Position numbers and translations under genes: made by a program
In this document: in pieces, positions 9,133-17,387 of the stretch
Layout: each line of letters opens with the position of its first letter
Position numbering within the stretch: position 1 is the stretch's first letter
Notes under the pieces: model-generated
Seen by the model: only the letters and a program-made list of their open reading frames with translations
Database searches by the model: none
What the model was told of the DNA's origin: nothing
NCBI RefSeq assembly: GCF_032714475.1
Contig: NZ_JAWDKD010000026.1
Span: 43,835 to 75,834, forward strand
DNA: 32,000 nucleotides
Direction of reading: 5' to 3'
DNA from: Methanolapillus africanus
GTDB lineage: Archaea; Halobacteriota; Methanosarcinia; Methanosarcinales; Methanosarcinaceae

Positions 9133-10159
9133 TCTCAAAATATTTCTCCAAAACATCCACAATCTGCCCCGCCAAAACCCGTCGGCTCTCTGCAATTTCT
9201 TCGTCGTTCAAATGCCGGAGCCTTGTTTCTTTTTGAAGGCTGGCAATCTCAAGACGCATGTCTTTCGAGTGCTGCAAACCTTTTGTGAACCACTGGGCAT
9301 GGGATTTGATGTTCACATGAGCATACAGATTATATGTCTCTAACAGGAAGCAATATCTTTTAAAATCCAAAATCCGCTGCCGGAATTCTTCTTGAAAGGC
9401 CGCTTCATCTTTTGTTTCGCTTTCTTCAAAATCAGACGACAGGGCTTTTTTCATGTGTTCAAAAATGCCGGGATTCCCGATTGCGCCCCGGCCGATCATA
9501 AATCCATCACATCCGGTTTCAATCGCCTGTTTCAAATCTTGGGGCGTAAAAATATCACCATTTAATATGACCGGAATCGATACGTTTTCTTTGATTTGTT
9601 CAACGGCGTTCCAATTCGCTTTTCCGGAATAACCTTGCGCTGCCGTCCGGGCGTGAACCGAAATCCAAGCGGCTCCTGCGTCTTCTAAGGATTTTGCCAA
9701 CGCGACGGTTCTTTCCGTTTCCCGGTAGAGGCGGATTTTGGCGGTGACCGGCGTTTTCAGATTTTCCGATAGTTTGGCGATAATCGCCGGCGGCACAGAA
9801 GTGTCGTTGAGGAGGTAGGCGCCGCACTTGTCTTTCAGAATTTTCGGAGACGGACATCCCATATTAATGTCAATAACCGCCGGGCGGAGTTTTTCTTCCA
9901 AACCAACGGCCGCCTCGCAAATTGAATCTGCCGACGGACCCACAATTTGAATCCCGTACGGTTTTTGATCATAAGAAATTCCCCGGTCCATCGCGAAAGA
10001 ATCGCCGTTGAGAAAACCCGCCGCGTTGATCATTTCCGTGAACGTAAAGTCCGCGCCCTTCTCATGGCAAAGCATCCGAAAAGCGGGATTGGTGACGTCC
10101 GCCATCGGCGCCAAAAGAAGCGGGCGCTTGGAAAAATCAAGAATCATGCGTTTTGTCAT
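9119..10159 (-). CDS. dus: tRNA-dihydrouridine synthase (Dus family, FMN TIM-barrel)
   Basis: LAPMADVTNPAFRMLC..GADFTFTEMI, NMGCP catalytic-Cys motif, VHARTAAQGYSGKANW, NGDI. Confidence 0.85.
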   Translation of the reverse strand: MTKRMILDFSKRPLLLAPMADVTNPAFRMLCHEKGADFTFTEMINAAGFLNGDSFAMDRGISYDQKPYGIQIVGPSADSICEAAVGLEEKLRPAVIDINMGCPSPKILKDKCGAYLLNDTSVPPAIIAKLSENLKTPVTAKIRLYRETERTVALAKSLEDAGAAWISVHARTAAQGYSGKANWNAVEQIKENVSIPVILNGDIFTPQDLKQAIETGCDGFMIGRGAIGNPGIFEHMKKALSSDFEESETKDEAAFQEEFRQRILDFKRYCFLLETYNLYAHVNIKSHAQWFTKGLQHSKDMRLEIASLQKETRLRHLNDEEIAESRRVLAGQIVDVLEKYFEKIGK

Positions 10160-10566
10160 AACAATCTAAGTAATTAAACGTTTGTCAAACGGAATAAACA
10201 GTGTCAGCTCATATTTTATTATTTTTTTGTTTAGATAATTATAAAGCCGTTATAAAAATTAACCCCATTTATAAAAATGGTATAGTTGTTTATATTTTAC
10301 GAGTTAATCAGATTAACACCAATTCTCCCGTTTGTGCTTTTGATAAAACTAAAAAGTTTATGTTATATATTTACGGGTCATTTTGAACATGCTGATGTGA
10401 CCCCTTCATATCAAAAAACGAACCGTTGTTTTTTGTTTTGCTTTTTTCGTTTTTCCGTCCCGGAAAAAACGAATCGGAAAGAAAGCCGGCAAAAATCAAG
10501 GATTCAAAAATAACATCAGCCCATAGTCCATTTACGTGGTTTTTCGAAATGAGATGGTGATTATAT

Positions 10567-12483
10567 ATGACAAAAGAAGAAATCTTAAAAGCACTGGCTG
10601 ATGCCGTTATTACAGGCGACGACGACGAAGCCGTCGAATACGCCGAAAAAGCGCTCAAAGCCGGCATTGACCCCCAAGAAGCGATTGTGGACGGATTGGC
10701 CAAAGGAATGGCCATCATGGGCGACAAATATGAGCGCGGCGAAGCGTTCGTTCCGCACCTGATGATCGCCTCCGCTGCCCTTTATGAAGGCATGGACGTC
10801 CTCACCCCACACATCAAAGTCGACCCGTCCAACCGCGCCGTCACCGGCGTTATCGGAACCATTGAAGGCGACGTTCACGACATCGGTAAAAACTTGGTGA
10901 AAACCATGATGGCCGCTGCCGGATTCACAATGATCGACCTCGGCAACGACGTCCCGATCGAGAAATTCATCACAGCCGCCAAAGAAAACAAAGCCGACAT
11001 CTTGTCCGTGAGCGCTTTGATGACCACCACCATGACCGGTATGGACAAAATCTCCGAGCTGCTCCTCGAAAACGGTTACCGCGACTCCTTGATCTTCATG
11101 GTCGGCGGCGCCCCGGTCTCGGAACAATACGCCAAAAGCGTTGGTGCCGACGGAACCTGTAAAGACGCGGCCACAGCCGTCGCCTTTGCCAAAGAAAAGA
11201 CATCCAAATTGGCGCCGGCAAACGAACGCTGGAGCGACGCCAAGTTGAGCATTACCAAAACCAAATACAAGGACGCTGTTCTCAAAAAGAAGGCTGCCTC
11301 CAAAGCCGGATCCAACATCTCGCTTGAAACCGCCAAGAAAGTCATTGCCGAATACGAAAAAGTCGGTACCAAAAAGGCGTCCAAGATGTCCCACAAGGAC
11401 CGTGTCTTCGGCGCGCTCGGCGACAAAAAAGTGGACCGGCTCCCCTGCTACCCATTGGCCTGCGGTATCACCCGTAAATTCGTGCCGGCTTCCTACAAGG
11501 AATATGCCACCAACCCCAAGGTCTTCTCGGACTCGGCTTACGCCGCCGTGAAATACTTGGATGTCGACACCTATGTCGGTTTGACCGACTTGTCCATCAC
11601 CAGCGCCGACGTCGGCGCCGGCGTTTCCTATCCGGAAGAAGACACACCGTCCACCACCGGACACTTGCACGAATACGACGACATCGTGATCCCGGAAATC
11701 AAGAAAGGAACCCGTATCTACAACCACATCCAGGCCGGCAAGCAAACGATGGAAAAACTCCACCGTGAAGAAATCAACGCGCCGTTCGTGGCCTTCCACG
11801 AAGGACCGTTGTTGACCTTGACGCAAGCCATGGGCGCCGACCGTGTTCTCCACGACATGAGCACCAACCCGAAAGAGGTTCACAAAGCCTTGGAAAGAAT
11901 CACCGAATTCGTCTGCGACATCTCCACCCAATTCTTTGAAGAAGGTGCGGCCGATGCCATTTGTGTCGACAACCTGTGGTCCAACAACGTGATCATGAGC
12001 GCCGACCAATACTGGGAATTCGACGGTAAATACGTGTACGACAGCCAGATTCCGGTCTTTAAGAAGTACAACGCACCGTACGTGATTCACAACTGTGCCG
12101 ACGCGGTTCACTTCGACATCCAGATCCGCAAGTTCGGAACGGCGCTTTACAGCTACGCCTACTACGAAAAGAACAGAAGCAAGGGCTCGAAGAACTACGC
12201 TGACTTGATTCCGGCCTACTCCGACATCTGCTGTATGATGGGAGAAGTGGACCCGATTCAGTTCATGAACAACGACGAGCAAACCTATGCCAACATCAGA
12301 AACGATACCGTCAAATTGATGGACGGGGTCCTCAACACACTCAAAGAAAACGGACGGCAGTCTAAATACGTGATGTCGACCGGCTGTGAAGTGCCGCCGG
12401 AAGGCTCCCTCATGAGTGTGAAAACAATGGTGGACACCGTCAAAGAAGTCGGTGAAGACATGTACAAGAAAATCATCGGCTGA
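10567..12483 (+). CDS. Fused corrinoid-binding protein / MtaA-MtbA-type (URO-D fold) methylcobamide:CoM methyltransferase, MtsD/F/H-like
   Basis: The N-terminal ~210 aa contain a B12-binding cap helix bundle and the GDVHDIGKN (DxHxxG) motif with a Rossmann part. A Lys-rich linker follows (KKKAASKAG...KKASK). The C-terminal ~370 aa (DRLPCYPLACGITRKF..., HNCADAV, STGCEVPPE) resemble MtaA/CmuA-family methyltransferases. ggtga RBS 6 nt upstream. Confidence 0.75.
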   Translation: MTKEEILKALADAVITGDDDEAVEYAEKALKAGIDPQEAIVDGLAKGMAIMGDKYERGEAFVPHLMIASAALYEGMDVLTPHIKVDPSNRAVTGVIGTIEGDVHDIGKNLVKTMMAAAGFTMIDLGNDVPIEKFITAAKENKADILSVSALMTTTMTGMDKISELLLENGYRDSLIFMVGGAPVSEQYAKSVGADGTCKDAATAVAFAKEKTSKLAPANERWSDAKLSITKTKYKDAVLKKKAASKAGSNISLETAKKVIAEYEKVGTKKASKMSHKDRVFGALGDKKVDRLPCYPLACGITRKFVPASYKEYATNPKVFSDSAYAAVKYLDVDTYVGLTDLSITSADVGAGVSYPEEDTPSTTGHLHEYDDIVIPEIKKGTRIYNHIQAGKQTMEKLHREEINAPFVAFHEGPLLTLTQAMGADRVLHDMSTNPKEVHKALERITEFVCDISTQFFEEGAADAICVDNLWSNNVIMSADQYWEFDGKYVYDSQIPVFKKYNAPYVIHNCADAVHFDIQIRKFGTALYSYAYYEKNRSKGSKNYADLIPAYSDICCMMGEVDPIQFMNNDEQTYANIRNDTVKLMDGVLNTLKENGRQSKYVMSTGCEVPPEGSLMSVKTMVDTVKEVGEDMYKKIIG

Positions 12484-12573
12484 ACTCAATAAAAAACAAC
12501 GAGACAAACTCAAACATAACCGAACATAACCGAACGTAAAACAACACACCGTAAACCGTCAATCAACCCGTGC

Positions 12574-12647
12574 CGGCCGGAATCGCTCACAAAAGGCTAA
12601 CCTCACATTGAAAACACACTGCCTTTTGCAATCACCTTTTCCGGCCG
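12574..12647 (+). other. Nested inverted repeats (outer cggccggaa/ttccggccg, inner caaaaggc/gccttttg): possible structured RNA or terminator
   Basis: The outer 9-bp arms (12574-12582 / 12639-12647) and inner 8-bp arms (12590-12597 / 12621-12628) are exact complements. It lies ~90 nt after the methyltransferase stop. Confidence 0.3.
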
Positions 12648-12700
12648 CTTTAGAAAAAATCCCCCTCAATATTTTTTCTAAAAGCGGGAAGACCGATGAG

Positions 12701-12764
12701 AAGAGAAACAAAACGAAAGGAAACCGACGAATTGTCCCGGTTTTCCTTTTCGTTTGTTTCTCTT
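12701..12764. other. Long imperfect hairpin (~26-bp arms, purine-rich arm / pyrimidine-rich arm)
   Basis: aagagaaacaaaacgaaaggaaaccg (12701-12726) vs cggttttccttttcgtttgtttctctt (12738-12764). They are complementary apart from two single-nt bulges. Confidence 0.4.
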
Positions 12765-12934
12765 ATCCCCCAACAGCGGTTTACAAAAAACAGGTTAAAT
12801 CTCCATATATCTCCAAACCCCCAACCCCCAAATCAAAATCCGAAACTCTAAAACCTCAAATCTAAACAACACACTAAAACACGAAATATCTAAAGTCTAA
12901 AATCGAAAATAGTCAAAAATCTCTCCAAAATTTG

Positions 12935-12963
12935 AAAACCGCCGTTTGTATCCGGCGGTTTTT
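12935..12963. terminator. Hairpin aaaaccgccg/cggcggtttt flanked by A-run and T-run (bidirectional terminator shape)
   Basis: 10-bp stem, 8-nt loop (tttgtatc), T-run on both strands. Confidence 0.45.
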
Positions 12964-13113
12964 CAAAATATTCTTTTCAGAACATTTTGAGTTTTTGTCC
13001 TCCGGTTTCAAAAACCCGAAATCCGATTTCATTTTTATTTTTCATTTCATACCGTTAATTTTTCACAAAATGATTGCCGGCGAATCGACCGGCTCAATTC
13101 AATAACAGGAGAT

Positions 13114-15114
13114 GTGTTTATGAATCTTGGTCTGGGAATAGACACCGGCGGAACATACACGGATGCCGTCTTGATGGATCTTTCAAGCGGCGCCGTTATC
13201 GAAAAAAGCAAAGCGTTGACAACTTATCCGGATCTCATTCTCGGAATTTCAAATGCCATCAACGGCCTGAATCCTGAAAATCTCCGGCACATCAAGTTTA
13301 CGTCCGTTTCAACAACGCTCGCCACCAACACGACGCTGGAAGGCAAAGGTTATCCGACCGGTTTGATTCTCATCGGTTATTCCGTCGCCGGCGATTTACC
13401 GGTCGACGATCTCATTGAAATCCGGGGCGGACACGACACGGACGGCAATGCGCTGGACGATCCCGCAGTCGACTTTGAATTGGTGGAAGAATTTGTGAAA
13501 AGCACGCAAAGCAAAGTGGCGTCTTACGCGATCTCCTCCTTTTTCAGCGTCCGCAATCCGGAACATGAATTGATGGTCAAAGAATTCATTCAAAAGATGA
13601 CGGATTTGCCGGTGGTGTGCGGTCACGAATTGTCCCGCGCGCTCGGCGTTTACGAACGGACGCTCACAGCGGTTTTGAACGCGCAGCTGATTCCGGTCAC
13701 GCACCAGTTCGTGAAATCCATTTCCACCGTCATGCAAGACAAAGGCATTACGTCCGGCATGATGATTATGAAATGCGACGGCTCGCTTGTCTCGATTGAC
13801 GAAGCGTTGAAGCGCCCGGTCGAATCCGTCTTTTCAGGGCCCGCTGCCAGCCTGGTCGGCGCCGCGCACCTGACCGGCAAAAGCACCTGCGTCACCATTG
13901 ACGTCGGCGGCACCAGCACGGACATTTCCATGATCCAAAACGGTATTCCGTCCGTCAGCGATTCCGGCGCCATGGTCGGCGGCTGGAAAACCATGGTCCG
14001 GGCCATTCAGATGACCACGTCGGCGCTCGGCGGCGACAGCCACGTTTGGTTCTATCAAGATATTCACATCGGTCCGCGCCGGGTCGTGCCGCTGTCGCTG
14101 GCCGCCGTTCAGTATCCGGGACTGGTTGCCAAACTCAAATGTGTGGACCGCCCGTCCGAGCGGATTTTGGACGCCGTTGTTCAAGGGACGTCCTTTTTCA
14201 TCGCGTCCGGTCCGTCCACGCTCGATATCGCGCTCAGCGCCTATGAGCAAAAAGTGTACGACGCTATTTGTTCTGAAAAGGAACCGATGTCGGTTTATGA
14301 AATTTCCGGCAAAATCGGCGACCACCCGCTGATGTTCGGCAAAGCGCTGGACGCGTTGATTTTGAAACGCTACGTGACGCACATCGGCTTTACGCCGACG
14401 GACGCGCTTCACGTCTTGGGCGTTTATTCCAAATGGGACAACGAAGCGGCAATGGTCGGCGCTAAAATTTTGGGCGATTACACGAACCGGAAACCGGAAG
14501 ACGTTTGCGAACGCATTCGGGAAATGGTGTCCGAAAAAATGGCAACGGATCTGGCCGCCTTTTTCCTGCCGTCCTTGAGCGCCGAAGACATCCGCGCGCT
14601 GGTGCTCGGATCGGCGTTTACCAAAATGAAAATCAATATGCCGGTGGTTCTGATCGGGGCGCCCGTCATGGCGTACAGCGATAAATTGTGCGAGCTTTTG
14701 GACATTGAATTGGTTCTTCCGAAATATTTCGACGTCGGCAATGCCGTCGGCGCGCTGGTCGGGGATGTGATTTTCCGGTCCGACGTCCTGATTCGTCCGA
14801 AATCGGTCGGTTCAAATATTTACACGTCCTTTAATGAATCCGGTAAAACGGAATACGAATCCTATCAGGAAGCGATTCTGGAAGGTAAAAAGTGGATCGA
14901 GAACCGGATTTACGCCCATATGGAAACGTATGGTTTGTCGGAAGAATCCGTTCGGATTGAGATCCGGCAAGACGAAATTAAAGCCGGCTACGCCATTGAA
15001 AAACCGCTGGAAGTCCGGTTGTTCGGCGTTGGCGTCGGCACGCCGCGCAGAATTGAAACACTGGCGGACGACTCGTCGGAAGCGGCGAAAAAAGAAAGCA
15101 GCGTCACCGTTTAA
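13114..15114 (+). CDS. Hydantoinase/oxoprolinase-family (hydantoinase A, ASKHA-fold ATPase) protein
   Basis: N-terminal LGIDTGGTYTDAVL and a second IDVGGTSTDIS phosphate-binding motif, 666 aa. The track start is GTG 13114. ATG 13120, with aggaga 7 nt upstream, is the more likely start. Confidence 0.7.
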   Translation: MFMNLGLGIDTGGTYTDAVLMDLSSGAVIEKSKALTTYPDLILGISNAINGLNPENLRHIKFTSVSTTLATNTTLEGKGYPTGLILIGYSVAGDLPVDDLIEIRGGHDTDGNALDDPAVDFELVEEFVKSTQSKVASYAISSFFSVRNPEHELMVKEFIQKMTDLPVVCGHELSRALGVYERTLTAVLNAQLIPVTHQFVKSISTVMQDKGITSGMMIMKCDGSLVSIDEALKRPVESVFSGPAASLVGAAHLTGKSTCVTIDVGGTSTDISMIQNGIPSVSDSGAMVGGWKTMVRAIQMTTSALGGDSHVWFYQDIHIGPRRVVPLSLAAVQYPGLVAKLKCVDRPSERILDAVVQGTSFFIASGPSTLDIALSAYEQKVYDAICSEKEPMSVYEISGKIGDHPLMFGKALDALILKRYVTHIGFTPTDALHVLGVYSKWDNEAAMVGAKILGDYTNRKPEDVCERIREMVSEKMATDLAAFFLPSLSAEDIRALVLGSAFTKMKINMPVVLIGAPVMAYSDKLCELLDIELVLPKYFDVGNAVGALVGDVIFRSDVLIRPKSVGSNIYTSFNESGKTEYESYQEAILEGKKWIENRIYAHMETYGLSEESVRIEIRQDEIKAGYAIEKPLEVRLFGVGVGTPRRIETLADDSSEAAKKESSVTV

Positions 15115-15149
15115 GAACATATAATCAATCAAAATCAATCAAAAACAAT

Positions 15150-16766
15150 TTGGAGGTCATTCATTTGTCAACAACACTGCCGTCCGGCTTTTCAAAAGCG
15201 GCTCCTGCGCCGATTCCGGAGGAACTCATTCGGGTGCTTCAAGAGCGGTCCGTGACCGAACCGGTTGAGGAAGATCAATTGATGTTTCACATTGAAACGC
15301 TGGTGTCGGATATTTTAAAAATGGTGGCTTCCTCTTACGGTCCGCTCGGCATGAATAAGCTGATTGTGAATCCGGTCGGCGACGTTTATTTGACCAGCGA
15401 CGGTAAAACCATCCTCAAAGAAATCGATATTTTGCATCCGGTCGCCGTTTCTCTCAAACGGCTCGGCCAGTCGATGGACAAATCGTGCGGCGACGGCACC
15501 AAGTATGCGCTGATTTTGGCGTGCGGGCTCCTCGTCAATGCTGTGTCCCTACTCCGAAAAAAAGTTCATCCAATGACGATCATTGACGGTTATGAACTTG
15601 CCATGGGCAAAGCCTACGAGATGTTGGAATATGTAAGCGAAGACGCCGACGAAGACATGATTTTTTCGGCCGTTAAAGCCGCCGCTTTTTCAAAAGGCAT
15701 TGAAGAAGACCAAGCAGCAGAGCTTGCTGCAGCGATGATTCGAACAGTCGCCGGCATTGATCAATATTATACGGATTCGTTTTTGGATCTGGAAGAAAAC
15801 GTGAAAATTTTGAAAAAAACCGGCAGTCCCAACATTTTGACGTTTGAAGGCGTCATCTTGGACGAAACGCCGGCCCGGGAAGATATGCCCCGGCAGATTC
15901 TGTCGCCCCGGATTTTGCTTCTCCGAAACGACGTGAAAGTCAAGAGCGGCTACCTCAATCCGGAACATTTCATCCGGATGGACAATCCGATGACCGCGTT
16001 TGAATTCAAAAACGCGAAAAACACTGTGGCGGAATCTTATGCCGAAAAAATTATCCGCTGTGGCGCCAACGTCGTCTTTTGTGAAGGCGAAGTGGACGCC
16101 GTGATCGAAGAAGCATTTGCCCGTCGCGATATCTTGCTCTTTAAGCGGCTCAAAGAAGTTGATTTGGATTACATCGCCCGGGCGTGCGGCGTGGAATTTT
16201 CAACCATTCTGGATGATCTGACGCCGGATGTTCTCGGATTTGCCGATGAGATTCTTGTCAAAAAAGAACGCTACGAAACGTTTGCATATTTATCGGTTCC
16301 GGGACCCGTGACGTCCGTTTTGATTCACGAGCCGGCGAAGTACGGTCTCGGCAAAATTGAAGAGGCGGCTGACGACGCGCTGAACACCGCGGCGCTTCTT
16401 TTGAGAAACCCGAACGTTGTCACCGGCGGCGGCGGAACGGAATATTTCCTGGCACGCTCCCTGCGGATTTTTGCAAACACGCTGGAAGGAAAACAACAGC
16501 TGGCGGTCTTGGAATTTGCCAAAGCGATGGAATCGGTTCCGAAATGCCTGGCGCGAAACATCGGCATGGACTGCGTGGATTCTATGATTCAGCTGTCAGC
16601 GATGCAGGAAGACGGCATTGACGCGCGGATTGATGTTTGCGGAAAAGTGATTGCTAACAGTCCTGCTGTATATGATTGCGCCACTGTGAAGAAATACGGG
16701 TTGGTGGCTGCGGTTGAATGTGTTTCGAATATGCTGAGGGTGGATGAAATTTTGTTAAAGAAATGA
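15150..16766 (+). CDS. Divergent thermosome / group II chaperonin (Cpn60-TCP1 family) paralog
   Basis: YGPLGMNKLIVNPVGDVYLTSDGKTILKEIDILHPVA...CGDGTKYALI...VTGGGGTEYFLA aligns to the canonical LGPRGMDKML..ITNDGATILKEMDIEHPAA..VGDGTTTAVV..VAGGGAPE. The start is uncertain (TTG 15150, or TTG 15165 after ggagg). Confidence 0.7.
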   Translation: MEVIHLSTTLPSGFSKAAPAPIPEELIRVLQERSVTEPVEEDQLMFHIETLVSDILKMVASSYGPLGMNKLIVNPVGDVYLTSDGKTILKEIDILHPVAVSLKRLGQSMDKSCGDGTKYALILACGLLVNAVSLLRKKVHPMTIIDGYELAMGKAYEMLEYVSEDADEDMIFSAVKAAAFSKGIEEDQAAELAAAMIRTVAGIDQYYTDSFLDLEENVKILKKTGSPNILTFEGVILDETPAREDMPRQILSPRILLLRNDVKVKSGYLNPEHFIRMDNPMTAFEFKNAKNTVAESYAEKIIRCGANVVFCEGEVDAVIEEAFARRDILLFKRLKEVDLDYIARACGVEFSTILDDLTPDVLGFADEILVKKERYETFAYLSVPGPVTSVLIHEPAKYGLGKIEEAADDALNTAALLLRNPNVVTGGGGTEYFLARSLRIFANTLEGKQQLAVLEFAKAMESVPKCLARNIGMDCVDSMIQLSAMQEDGIDARIDVCGKVIANSPAVYDCATVKKYGLVAAVECVSNMLRVDEILLKK

Positions 16767-16796
16767 AAATGCGGAATTTTTTGAAGAGTTTAAAGG

Positions 16797-16840
16797 AAGC
16801 GGCGCGTGAATAAAAAAATGACGCCGCTTTGTGTGTTTTT
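16797..16840 (+). terminator. Hairpin aagcggcg/cgccgctt followed by tgtgtgttttt
   Basis: 8-bp GC-rich stem (16797-16804 / 16822-16829) 30 nt after the chaperonin-like stop, then a T-rich run. Confidence 0.5.
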
Positions 16841-16997
16841 AAAATATGACAGAGTGGATTTTGACGGTACGACTTTAAGTTACGAATGCAAAGCAATTAT
16901 TTCAATCTCTTTGAGATATTGATATTGTTTATGATTCTTTGGGGAAAGAATTTATCGTTAAAATCGACCTTGTTTATAACCCGTAAGTCGCACATCC

Positions 16998-17287
16998 ATT
17001 TCAATATCTCTAAGTTCTGATTTTAACGAAGTGACCATTCCAATCAAAATGAGCAATGCTGAATTTCAATATCTTTAAGCTCTAATTTTAACGTCGGCAG
17101 AACTGCGAGGAAATCAGTAATATCCTCATTTCAATATCTCTAAGTTTTGATTTAACAGATTTGCATGGTCAGCTATCAGCTTTTTGTTTTATTTCAATAT
17201 CTCTGAGGTTCAATTTTAACTTGTTCAAGTACCATGCCGACAACTCATCATGGACGAATTTCAATACCTTTAAGTTCTGATTTTAAT
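16998..17287 (-). CRISPR. Decayed 5-repeat mini-array, inverted relative to the main array (same repeat family)
   Basis: Reverse-complement repeats at 16998-17027 (perfect), 17063-17092 (3 mismatches), 17128-17156 (1 deletion plus 1 mismatch), 17191-17220 (5 mismatches) and 17258-17287 (3 mismatches). Spacers are 35, 35, 34 and 37 nt. Confidence 0.85.
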
Positions 17288-17355
17288 CAAATTTGCGGTA
17301 TGATTTATATTAAACTCATTATTGATATTAAATGTGATTTAAACTGTTAAATATA

Positions 17356-17364
17356 TTTATATAA
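17356..17364 (+). promoter_or_regulatory. TATA-box-like element (tttatataa) upstream of cas8
   Basis: Centred ~28 nt upstream of the cas8 ATG, which would give a leaderless or near-leaderless archaeal mRNA. Assigned from sequence pattern only. Confidence 0.3.
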
Positions 17365-17387
17365 TTGATCGCAAATTATAATATTGT

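Noticed and set aside
10448-10474. Hairpin cgtttttccg/cggaaaaaacg upstream of the methyltransferase gene, as a possible riboswitch or attenuator
   Set aside because: It is a single short imperfect stem in a T/A-run context with no recognisable riboswitch core. The evidence is insufficient.
10585-12549. 654-aa ORF antisense to the corrinoid/methyltransferase gene
   Set aside because: The sense strand encodes recognisable B12-binding and MtaA-like domains with a good RBS. The antisense product is low-complexity (V/G/F/H/D-rich) and is the usual stop-free shadow frame of a GC3-rich gene.
12608-12865. 85-aa ORF in the long intergenic region after the methyltransferase gene
   Set aside because: Non-ATG start in the track, low-complexity Pro/Lys/Ser-rich product, and it spans two strong hairpins and the G-free tract. 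More likely non-coding.
16767-17387. Search for a short or degraded cas6 ORF between the chaperonin-like gene and cas8, and in 30204..30277 after the array
   Set aside because: There is no ORF of useful length on either strand. The sequence is occupied by a terminator hairpin, repeat relics and AT-rich promoter-like DNA.
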